Shown in pieces: positions 40,114 to 47,681 of a stretch of DNA of 64,000 nucleotides (within the stretch, counting starts at the first letter, position 1; each line of letters begins with the position of its first letter). A program made the position numbers and the translations under genes. The notes under the pieces were generated by a model. That model had not been told where the DNA came from. It did no database searches and worked only from the letters and a program-made list of their open reading frames with translations. The stretch comes from an uncultured Polyangiaceae bacterium. Lineage in GTDB: Bacteria > Myxococcota_A > Polyangia > Polyangiales > Polyangiaceae. Where the stretch lies: positions 11,839-75,838 of the forward strand of contig CAZSUA010000001.1 of NCBI GenBank assembly GCA_964609655.1. The letters run 5' to 3'.

Positions 40114-41049
40114 GTGGGGGGCCTGTGCGCCATCTCGGTCGATCTGGATGAGATCGCCTGTTATTACGCGATTCACGGGTTATCTGGGGCCAAAAGCGCC
40201 CCCAGAGCAGTCTACGACATCGCGCTTGAACGCCTGGCAAGCTGGGCACGGGAGCTCGGGATCCCTTTGACCCTGTTCGTGGTGGGTCGTGATCTTGAGA
40301 ACGATCGCAACCAACGCAGGTTATCCGTGTTGCACGCAGTTGGCTTCGAACTTGCGAATCATTCGCTCGATCATCGTTACGACTTGACACGCCTTTCCCA
40401 CGCGAAGATGCGCGAGCAGGTCAAAGGGGGGATGGAGCGGCTTCAGGAAATACTCGGCCCCATTAACGTTGGGTTTCGGGCCCCAGGTTACCTCGTGAAC
40501 GATGCGCTCCTGCAAGTCGTCCACGAGTCAGGCGCGCTCTATGATTCCTCGGTTTTTCCCTGCCCTGCTTATTATGTTGCCAAGGCGCTCGTGATCGGCG
40601 TTCAGCGCTTGCAGGGCCGCCACTCCTTTTCGCTCGTGGATTCTCCGCGGGTGCTGACAGCGCTCACACGTCCGTATCGAATCGGGTTTCCGTATTTTCA
40701 GCGCGGGGAGGGGCTTTGGGAAGTACCGATTCAGGTGACACCTGGTCTGCGCTTGCCTTTCATTGGGACCGCGCTCACGACGCTGGGCGAGCATGGCGCT
40801 CGCCTGTACACACGGCTCTTGAGGCAGGAAGCGTGGGTGAACCTCGAGCTGCACGGTATTGATTTTCTCGATGAAACCGACGATTTGCAGGCGCTGGCTG
40901 TACACCAGCCCGACCTGCGCGTGGCTTGGCTGAAGAAGCGTGCTCGGCTCACGGCGGTGGTGAACGAGTTGAAAAAATCGGGGCGCAACTTCGTCTGCCT
41001 TAAAGAGGCTGTTCTCCGTTTTGGGAGCGCGCCGAGTTTGCTAGGGTGA
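40114..41049 (+). CDS. polysaccharide deacetylase (NodB-like) family protein
   Basis: ISVDLDE near the N-terminus and ELANHSLDH, both typical of the family. Confidence 0.7.
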   Translation: MGGLCAISVDLDEIACYYAIHGLSGAKSAPRAVYDIALERLASWARELGIPLTLFVVGRDLENDRNQRRLSVLHAVGFELANHSLDHRYDLTRLSHAKMREQVKGGMERLQEILGPINVGFRAPGYLVNDALLQVVHESGALYDSSVFPCPAYYVAKALVIGVQRLQGRHSFSLVDSPRVLTALTRPYRIGFPYFQRGEGLWEVPIQVTPGLRLPFIGTALTTLGEHGARLYTRLLRQEAWVNLELHGIDFLDETDDLQALAVHQPDLRVAWLKKRARLTAVVNELKKSGRNFVCLKEAVLRFGSAPSLLG

Positions 41050-41053
41050 AGCA

Positions 41054-42124
41054 GTGACGCCAAATGCAATTCGAACCATCTGCGTAACGGGCGCGTCAGG
41101 TTATATTGGCTCACATGTCGTTAGCCGGCTTTTGGGTGAGGGGCAGCGTGTGATCGGAGCCGTTCGTGAGCCCGAAAATTCGGCTAAGATGGCACATCTC
41201 CGTGCGCTGCCTGGCGCGGAACGCCTCACGCTGCTGAAGGCCGATGTGCTGGACGAAACGGTGTGGGATACCGTGCTCGCTGAGGTAGACAGTGTGATCC
41301 ACTGCGTGGCGGTGGTAAGCTTTGCCGCTCGAAATCCCCAGAAAGAGATTGTCGATGTTGCGGTGAAGGGGACCGAGAACGTCCTCAGTGCAGCAGCCCG
41401 TTCGTTCCGGACCCAGAGCGTTGTGCACCTCTCCTCGATTGCGGCCATGGTGAGCTATCAAGCCGACCAGGATTATCAGTTTTCCTCCAAAGACTGGTGC
41501 AACGATGCCACGCTTGCTACGAATCCTTACGGTCTCGCAAAAACTCTTTCAGAGCAGGTGGCGCACGAAATTCAGGCGAAAAGCGGCTCAGATCCGACGC
41601 TTTCTCCGTTCCAATTGGCGGTGGTAGCACCGGGCTATGTGCTCGGGCCGTTGCTCGCGAAGGAACATGCGGGTTCGAGTCCCGCGATTGTCCGTGACAT
41701 GTTGAATCGGGCTTATCCCGGTTGCCCGGATCTCAACTTCAATGTGGTGGATGTGCGGGATGTGGCGCGGGCGTGTGTGCGCTTGTCCGAAACACCTGTG
41801 AACGGACAGCGGCTGGTCATGGTGAACGGACGGCTGTGGTGGCGCGAGATGGCTGCGACGCTGGCTCGGCTATTCCCAGCGGCGAAGGTGGTGACACGTG
41901 GCCTACCGCGCTGGCTTCTTTACGCGAATGCCTTGTTCCAAAAGCGCGTGAGCCTAACATTCCTCAAGCAAAATCTCGGGCGCGAGCTGCTGATCCTGGA
42001 GAGCGCGCAACAAGCACTGGGCCTTCGGTATATTCCGCTTGAGGAAACACTGCAGGCTACCGCCAATAGCTTGTTTGAGGTGGGAGTGCTGGGTAAGGCG
42101 GCCGCTATTCTGAAAAAGGCATGA
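41054..42124 (+). CDS. NAD-dependent epimerase/dehydratase (extended SDR, dihydroflavonol-reductase-like)
   Basis: VTGASGYIGSHVV (GxxGxxG) and the catalytic YxxxK in NPYGLAKTL. Confidence 0.85.
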   Translation: MTPNAIRTICVTGASGYIGSHVVSRLLGEGQRVIGAVREPENSAKMAHLRALPGAERLTLLKADVLDETVWDTVLAEVDSVIHCVAVVSFAARNPQKEIVDVAVKGTENVLSAAARSFRTQSVVHLSSIAAMVSYQADQDYQFSSKDWCNDATLATNPYGLAKTLSEQVAHEIQAKSGSDPTLSPFQLAVVAPGYVLGPLLAKEHAGSSPAIVRDMLNRAYPGCPDLNFNVVDVRDVARACVRLSETPVNGQRLVMVNGRLWWREMAATLARLFPAAKVVTRGLPRWLLYANALFQKRVSLTFLKQNLGRELLILESAQQALGLRYIPLEETLQATANSLFEVGVLGKAAAILKKA

Positions 42125-42557
42125 CAGGGCCTGACACACACCACGCCTCGTTCCTCCGAACTGAGCGCTTCAAAGGCTTGGATGGTTTGCGCTGCCTGGC
42201 AATTTTGCCGGTGATCGCTCACCACGCTACGCCGCGGCCGCAGCCTGGGATCTTGGGAAAGGGTGCCGTGGGCGTGACGTGAGGCGCGCGTTGCGTATCT
42301 TCCCGCTCTATTACGGAGTGCTCGGCGCCTACTTGGGCCGCCCGATTTACCTGAAGGCGTACGATCGAAAGACCCTCCTTGCTGTCATTCGTTTCTACGA
42401 CACCGAAGAAGGAAAGAATGTGATCGCAGGGCTACCCCATGTCATGTCGGAAGCCATGGCGGTGGGCCAAAAATGGGGCAGAGAGCTTGCGGATAAGTCG
42501 CTTGCTGCCAGCCGGCCCCCCGAGAATCCTGCAGCTCCCCCGAGTGCCCAACCTTAA
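42121..42557 (+). pseudogene. chimeric gene remnant: two acyltransferase-3 fragments fused to a DUF2059-like C-terminal fragment
   Basis: 42121-42282 reads ...FKGLDGLRCLAILPVIAHH...GAVGVT*. A frame change follows, then RRALRIFPLYYGVLGAYL (42279 onward), then YDRKTLLAVIRFYDTEEGKNVIAGLPHVMSEAMAVGQKWG. Confidence 0.65.
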
Positions 42558-42590
42558 CGCCCTTCGCCGTCCTCTTTGCGACGGCCGTGC
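42547..42590. repeat. left copy of an imperfect direct repeat (29-bp perfect core) shared with 44855-44898
   Basis: cccaaccttaacgcccttcgccgtcctct is identical at 42547-42575 and 44855-44883, and the next 15 nt match 10/15. Confidence 0.9.
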
Positions 42591-42671
42591 CCGCTTAAGA
42601 CCGGCCCAGTTTGGGCAAGCATTTTCGCCACGCCCGTGGCTTTGGGGCTCACTTGAGTTGGGCTGACGCGA

Positions 42672-43409
42672 TCAAGTGCTTGGGCCAAAAGCTGCGACCG
42701 CACCGAGCCCCTGTTGGTTGTCCAAACGCGGAATTGCACGGCGTGAAGGATCTTCCCAACAAGCGGCGACGAGGCCAGGCCAGTGCCTGAGCAAGAGTGC
42801 CAGTCGCGTTTCGTGGTTGCCCCCCGTGAGCGCTGCGCGATGCGGTGAGACCATGCGAAACCAAAGCCGCAAAAACGGATCCTCGATGCGATACAGACTG
42901 CGTTTGGAATTTCGAGGAGCCTCACCAAACGGTGTTTCGCGAAGCACGAGGCCGAGCCGACCCAGGCGATCGAAGGCGCGACCCAAGGAAGTCGCAGGCT
43001 TGCCAATGCGTCCCGCGATTTCGGAAACTCGGTGCGCGCCCATGCCAATGGCATCGAGAATAGGCTTGAGCTCTGCCGCAGGCGGTTGTTCCTCTAAGAG
43101 GAGTCGCGTGGGCTCCGAGTGGAGCGGGCCTTGTGGAGCGAGCACCAGCTCCACCAGGTTTTCTCGGGTGTTTCGACCGAGCGCTTCGGCGAGTTCCCAA
43201 TAGCGCGGAATACCTCCCCACGCCGTGAAGAACTCGACTGCCCGCACCGGATCTTCGATGCCCAGGAGTCGTACTGCTTCGAACGGGAGTGGGGCGCGCG
43301 TTGACTGCGAGAACAAGCCGTCTGCATAATGTTCGCGTCCCCAGGGGACCGCTTCGAATTGCACGACGAATTGAGTGGCACGCAGTATGCTTCCACTAAG
43401 CGAATATGC
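42672..43409 (-). pseudogene. 5'-truncated archaeal-ATPase/DUF234-family ATP-binding protein fragment
   Basis: Only the post-Walker part is present (LSGS..PWGRE..PLPFEAV..GGIPRYWE..YRIEDPFLRLWFRMV). There is no P-loop, and recognisable similarity stops where the plus-strand esterase gene begins. Confidence 0.6.
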
Positions 43410-44191
43410 TTGTTTTACCCGTGCTTCGCCTCGTCCTTGCCCTGTGCGCAGTGGCTTTTTGTGGTTGCTCGTCGCTGACACCCGCCGAAGGGGCGCGGGA
43501 CTTTCCGGGCCCATCCACGGAAACGGGTTTTCCTCCGGCGTTTTCAGCTCTCGAGGTACCTGGATTTGCGCCGGCAGTATTCTATTCGCCCCGAGGAACG
43601 GGCGTGCATCCGCTGGTGGTTGCGAGTCACGGAGCGGGAGGAAATCCGGAAGGCGAATGCGAGTACTGGAGGAAGTTAACTGGTGGGCGCGCATTTCTGC
43701 TCTGCTTGCGCGGCACTCCCCTTGATGTGCGCTATCCGTCTGCGTACTACTACCGAGATCATTTCGCACTGGGGCGAGAGCTTAAGGCGGCAATCAGTGC
43801 TGTGCGACGACAGCACGGTGCGCGCTTTGCCAAAGGAGCCGGCCTTTATGCTGGATTTTCTCAAGGTGCCATCATGGCTGTGGGGATGATCCCCGAGTTC
43901 GGTGCCGAGCTGCCGCATTTGGTCCTCATCGAGGGCGGGTATGAGTACTGGAGCGTGCCCCATGCCCGCAAGTACGCGAAGGCGGGCGGCAAACGCGTGC
44001 TCATCGCCTGTGGGACGGACGGGTGCGCTCGGAAAGCTCGGAAGGCGGCGGAGTGGCTGCGCCAAGCAGGCCTCGAAGCTCACGTCGCCTACGCGCCCGG
44101 GGCAGGGCACACTCCGGGGGGAGCCGTGATGGGCGAAGTTTCGGCAGCGCTGCCGTGGGTATTGGCTGATAGCGACGCGTGGAGGCGGTAG
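43406..44191 (+). CDS. alpha/beta-hydrolase (esterase-type) probable lipoprotein
   Basis: Signal sequence with AFCGC, an HGAGGN block, and the nucleophile elbow GFSQGA. Confidence 0.7.
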   Translation: MLVLPVLRLVLALCAVAFCGCSSLTPAEGARDFPGPSTETGFPPAFSALEVPGFAPAVFYSPRGTGVHPLVVASHGAGGNPEGECEYWRKLTGGRAFLLCLRGTPLDVRYPSAYYYRDHFALGRELKAAISAVRRQHGARFAKGAGLYAGFSQGAIMAVGMIPEFGAELPHLVLIEGGYEYWSVPHARKYAKAGGKRVLIACGTDGCARKARKAAEWLRQAGLEAHVAYAPGAGHTPGGAVMGEVSAALPWVLADSDAWRR

Positions 44192-44241
44192 GGCGCGATC
44201 GCTCCGGCCGCTGCTGTCGGATGTGCGGTGAATTTCGTCAC

Positions 44242-44805
44242 TCATTCCGAGAGCCAAAGCGCGGAAAGCTCCAGCTCCACTTCGGCAAACGGTTCGGCGC
44301 GCACGAACGCGTCATTACCGTAGCTCTGAAGCAACACCCAGTTACCCTCTCCTCGACGATAGACCTCAAGAGTGCGAGCCCTTGGATCGACTAGCCATAC
44401 ATGGTTCACGCCTTCGCGCAGGTAAATTGGCATCTTCTGGACTCGGTCCACCCGTGCAGTCGAAGGCGAAAGCACTTCGCAGATCCAATCGGGGGCAAGA
44501 TCAAAACCGCTCGCATCCGGCACTTCCGGCATGCGCTCTCGTCTCCAACCCGCGAGGTCCGGAACCAAGACGTCGGGCCGCAGGTGAAGCTCGGGTTCGT
44601 AGAGGATGACCCAACCTCCGGGGCCGCCGCGCCCGCGTTGAAATGGCGAGCCCAAATCCATTCCGAGCACTGATGCGGCCTTGGCGTGTGGCCCGGCCGG
44701 ACGCGGACTAACGACGAGCGAACCTTGGATCAACTCTCCGACCACGTTGTCCGGGAGGGCTCGAACATCCTCGTAAGTGGCGACTTTCGGCGCTGCGGAG
44801 ACCAT
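44242..44805 (-). CDS. Uma2-family (DUF820) putative endonuclease
   Basis: PDWICEVLSPSTARVDRVQKMPIYLREGVNHVWLVDP matches the Uma2 core pattern. ATG at 44805 is preferred over 44859. Confidence 0.85.
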   Translation of the reverse strand: MVSAAPKVATYEDVRALPDNVVGELIQGSLVVSPRPAGPHAKAASVLGMDLGSPFQRGRGGPGGWVILYEPELHLRPDVLVPDLAGWRRERMPEVPDASGFDLAPDWICEVLSPSTARVDRVQKMPIYLREGVNHVWLVDPRARTLEVYRRGEGNWVLLQSYGNDAFVRAEPFAEVELELSALWLSE

Positions 44806-44854
44806 GGGCTCAATATACCGCCAATTGGTGCGCGGAGCACCTTTCCCCCAACTT

Positions 44855-44898
44855 CCCAACCTTAACGCCCTTCGCCGTCCTCTCCACGACGGCCACGC
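44855..44898. repeat. right copy of the imperfect direct repeat shared with 42547-42590
   Basis: See the left copy. This copy covers the true 3' end (..GRRGEDGEGR*) of the Spy-like gene. Confidence 0.9.
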
Positions 44899-45326
44899 TG
44901 CTCGCCCCAGCCCCGAGCCAATAGCACTTTAGCAAGCTCATTCGGCTTCAGGATCTTGGCGACGACGTTGAGCTCTTTCTCGTGCATGCCTGCAAGGCTG
45001 CGTTCCAGATTTCTGAGATCGGTGATGAGCGGAGAATAGGCAGCGTCATCTTTGCTTCCAGCCGCCATGAGCTTGCGCAACGCCTGGCGTTTTTCCATGA
45101 GCTTGCCCTGAAGCTTGATGCGTTCCTTATCGAGCGGTCGGGTAGCATCTAGAACGTGCTTCGCACGGTCCCCCGTGATGCCGGCTTCCTCGAGTGCGTG
45201 CCCGCGCCGTTCCTGAATGCGAGTGAGGCGTTCAGCGCCGTTGCCACCCTCCTTGTCCTTCTTTTTGTCCTTGTCTTCCTTCTTCCCCTCGGCCGCGATG
45301 CCTTGGCCTGCTCCAGGCTTGGCCAC
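44862..45326 (-). CDS. Spy/CpxP-family (LTXXQ) periplasmic chaperone-like protein, 5' end probably frameshifted
   Basis: LTRIQ motif and a helical, Lys/Glu-rich sequence. A signal-peptide h-region (LTVLLLGSASLITPEA) is in frame upstream of the GTG at 45326 but has no start codon. An ATG at 45400 lies in another frame. Confidence 0.5.
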   Translation of the reverse strand: MAKPGAGQGIAAEGKKEDKDKKKDKEGGNGAERLTRIQERRGHALEEAGITGDRAKHVLDATRPLDKERIKLQGKLMEKRQALRKLMAAGSKDDAAYSPLITDLRNLERSLAGMHEKELNVVAKILKPNELAKVLLARGWGEQRGRRGEDGEGR

Positions 45327-45458
45327 TGCTTCAGGGGTGATCAGGCTGGCGCTGCCCAGAAGGAGGACGGTCAGTTGGTTTGGAGCCTATTCTCCGACAT
45401 GACGGCGCGCTCAAATCATCCCCTGGCGGGCCTGAGTATACCGGTTCTACTCAGCAGA

Positions 45459-45719
45459 ATGAAGACGGCAATCTCGCTTCCGGATGATCTTTTTCTCGCG
45501 GTGGATGCCAAGGCCCGAGCTCTCAAGATGTCACGCAGTGGTCTCTTGGCCCTGGCTGCCCGCGAGTTCATCGAGAGGCAAGAATCTGCAAGCGACGCGA
45601 CGGAAGCTTGGAATCGCGTGATCGCTCGTTCTGGACAGCCAGGAGAGGAACCCGCGGCGGTCGCATTTCGAGCGAAGACCAAACGCGTCGTCAGGGAATC
45701 GTGGCACAGACGTCGCTGA
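45459..45719 (+). CDS. ribbon-helix-helix type II antitoxin
   Basis: MKTAISLPDDLFLAVDAKARALKMSRSGLLALAAREFIER is a typical RHH N-terminus, and the gene sits directly upstream of a MazF-type toxin. Confidence 0.8.
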   Translation: MKTAISLPDDLFLAVDAKARALKMSRSGLLALAAREFIERQESASDATEAWNRVIARSGQPGEEPAAVAFRAKTKRVVRESWHRRR

Positions 45720-46063
45720 TCAAGCGAGGTCAAGTCTGGTGGGTTGATTTCGGGGAGCCGCGCGGCTCTGAATCGGCCGACCGCCACCCGGCGCTTGTAA
45801 TGCAGCGCGACGAGATCAATCGCAGCAATCTTGCTACCGTTGTTGTCTGCGTGCTCACGAGCAACCAGGCGCTCGCAAGAGCGCCTGGCAATACGCTCCT
45901 TCCCAAGCGTGAGACGGGCCTGCCCCAGGATTCGGTTGCCAATGCTTCCCAGATAGCAACGGTCAACAAGGCAGATTTGGTCGAACTCGCAGGCACGGTG
46001 CCTGTGGGTTTGATGCGCACCATCAGCGACGGATTACGGTGGTTTTTGGCAATCTCGGAGTGA
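45701..46063 (+). CDS. mazF: PemK/MazF-family type II toxin (endoribonuclease)
   Basis: KRGQVWWVDFGEPRGSESADRHPALVM....VVVCVLTS matches the family pattern. GTG start at 45701 overlaps the antitoxin 3' end. Confidence 0.85.
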   Translation: MAQTSLIKRGQVWWVDFGEPRGSESADRHPALVMQRDEINRSNLATVVVCVLTSNQALARAPGNTLLPKRETGLPQDSVANASQIATVNKADLVELAGTVPVGLMRTISDGLRWFLAISE

Positions 46064-46135
46064 GCGGTGCCCATCGGCGCATGAACCTGATGATTTGATT
46101 GCATTGGCTCAGCGGCAGCTTCGCCGAAGCCAGCA

Positions 46136-47377
46136 TTACTCCCAGAGTGTCCGAAGGGGCACGGCATGCAAACGGTCCCCAAAGCTCGCGCTCGTCTCGC
46201 CATCATAGAGCACGACCCCACGCACAAAACGCTGACCTACCGCTTCCCTGAGTTTGCGAAGACCACGGAAGTCTGCTGCCGTCACGGTGGCGGACGCTTT
46301 GACTTCCACGCCTGAAAGCTCGCGCGCTCCCTTTTCAATGACGACATCCACCTCAGCGCCGTCCTTATCACGGTAGTGAGAGAACGTTAGCTGGTCGTCA
46401 TGCCAACTTCCCTGTCGCCTCAATTCCTGAAACACGAAGGTTTTAAGTAATTGTCCGAGCAGCGGCCGATCGCGAGCCAGCGCTTCCGCATCCACGCCAA
46501 GCTCCGCGCACGCGAGCCCGGTGTCGGCGACGTGGATCTTTGGAGTTTTAATGAGCCGACTCAGTCGATTGCTGTGCCAGGGCGGCACGGTCTCGATGAC
46601 GAACACCCGCTCAAGCAAAGTGACATAATCTCGAAGCGTTGGGCGGCTTAGCTGAAGCGGCGAAGCGAGATCGGTCACGTTCAAGAGCCGAGCCGTTTGA
46701 GCGGCAACCAGCGCTAAGAGGCGGGGAAGCCTATCGAGCGAGCTGATGCGCGCCAGATCCCGTACATCGCGCTGAACCAATGCTTCCAGATAATCCCGGT
46801 ACCAGGCTACCCGGCGCCGACCTTTGGGCCTGGCGAGCGCTGCAGGATAACCCCCAGCCACGATCCGCTCATAAAGCTGTCGGCCGAGGCGCTCGACTTG
46901 GTGCGTTCTAAAACCGCCCCCAAACAGGTTGTCGAGAAACCTGGGTGGGCGCTCTGCCAGTTCACACTGGGCCAGTGGATGCAGTCGCAGGATTTGCATG
47001 CGGCCTGCCAAGGAATCCGCAAGCTTCGGTACGAGCAGTACGTTCGCCGAGCCCGTGAGAATGAAGCGTCCGGGATCGCGCTTGCGATCGATCGCCGTCT
47101 TGAGAGCCGTGAACAGCCGCGGTACGCGCTGCACTTCATCCAAGATCACGCGATCCGACAGATCGGATACGAAGCCCACAGGATCAGCCTCTGCAGCTTC
47201 TCTCGCCACGTCGTCGTCAAAGGTGACGTAGGTGTACGCCATCTGCTCGCCCACCAGTCGGGCAAGCGTGGTCTTGCCGCACTGGCGCGGTCCGTGGATC
47301 AGCACCACGGGCGAGTCGAGCAACGCTTCCCTCAGGCGTGGCTCAGCGAAGCGGGGATAGAGAGCGGCCTCGGGCAC
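46136..47377 (-). CDS. AAA-type ATPase with a DUF4143 domain and a C-terminal PD-(D/E)xK-like segment
   Basis: Walker A HGPRQCGKTT and Walker B VILDEVQ. The C-terminal DGAEVDVVIE...SGVEVK resembles a D...ExK nuclease motif. Confidence 0.85.
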   Translation of the reverse strand: MPEAALYPRFAEPRLREALLDSPVVLIHGPRQCGKTTLARLVGEQMAYTYVTFDDDVAREAAEADPVGFVSDLSDRVILDEVQRVPRLFTALKTAIDRKRDPGRFILTGSANVLLVPKLADSLAGRMQILRLHPLAQCELAERPPRFLDNLFGGGFRTHQVERLGRQLYERIVAGGYPAALARPKGRRRVAWYRDYLEALVQRDVRDLARISSLDRLPRLLALVAAQTARLLNVTDLASPLQLSRPTLRDYVTLLERVFVIETVPPWHSNRLSRLIKTPKIHVADTGLACAELGVDAEALARDRPLLGQLLKTFVFQELRRQGSWHDDQLTFSHYRDKDGAEVDVVIEKGARELSGVEVKASATVTAADFRGLRKLREAVGQRFVRGVVLYDGETSASFGDRLHAVPLRTLWE

Positions 47378-47398
47378 CGTCCAATCGTAACCCTACGC

Positions 47399-47444
47399 CT
47401 CGTCTGATCGCAATGTTATGGCTCGTCTGATCGCAATGTTATGG
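47399..47444. repeat. 23-bp perfect tandem direct repeat (ctcgtctgatcgcaatgttatgg x2) plus a partial third copy
   Basis: Copies at 47399-47421 and 47422-47444, followed by tccggtcgatcgcaagg. The repeat begins 22 bp upstream of the ATPase start codon (47377, minus strand). Confidence 0.95.
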
Positions 47445-47681
47445 TCCGGTCGATCGCAAGGGTGAGCGAGAAAGTTCAGATGTATCCTATATTTACCAAC
47501 GTCACACCGAGCAGCCAAGAGTCCGGCCCGCTCATTCCTAAGCCTGCGGCCGATGCCGAAGCCAAGGTGAAGCGCCAAAGGCTTGCGAGGCCAGTGATTG
47601 GTGTAATATCCGCGCACCCATCTCCCCCACCTGGCCTTCCCCGCACGCTCCTCCGCGGGAGCCCTCCCCACAAGGCTCGCA

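Noticed and set aside
42554-43054. 166-aa minus-strand ORF ending ..GRRKEDGEGR
   Set aside because: Only its last ~14 codons are meaningful, as a duplicated ghost of the Spy-like gene 3' end. The rest overlaps the DUF234-ATPase fragment in another frame.
43410-43769. N-terminal 120 codons of ORF 42672..43769
   Set aside because: This part has no similarity to the ATPase family and is Arg/Pro/Ser-rich. It overlaps the plus-strand esterase gene, which has its own signal peptide and GxSxG motif.
45156-45458. Upstream 101 codons of the antitoxin ORF
   Set aside because: It is antisense to the Spy-like gene. The RHH antitoxin fold begins at the ATG at 45459 (MKTAISLPDD).
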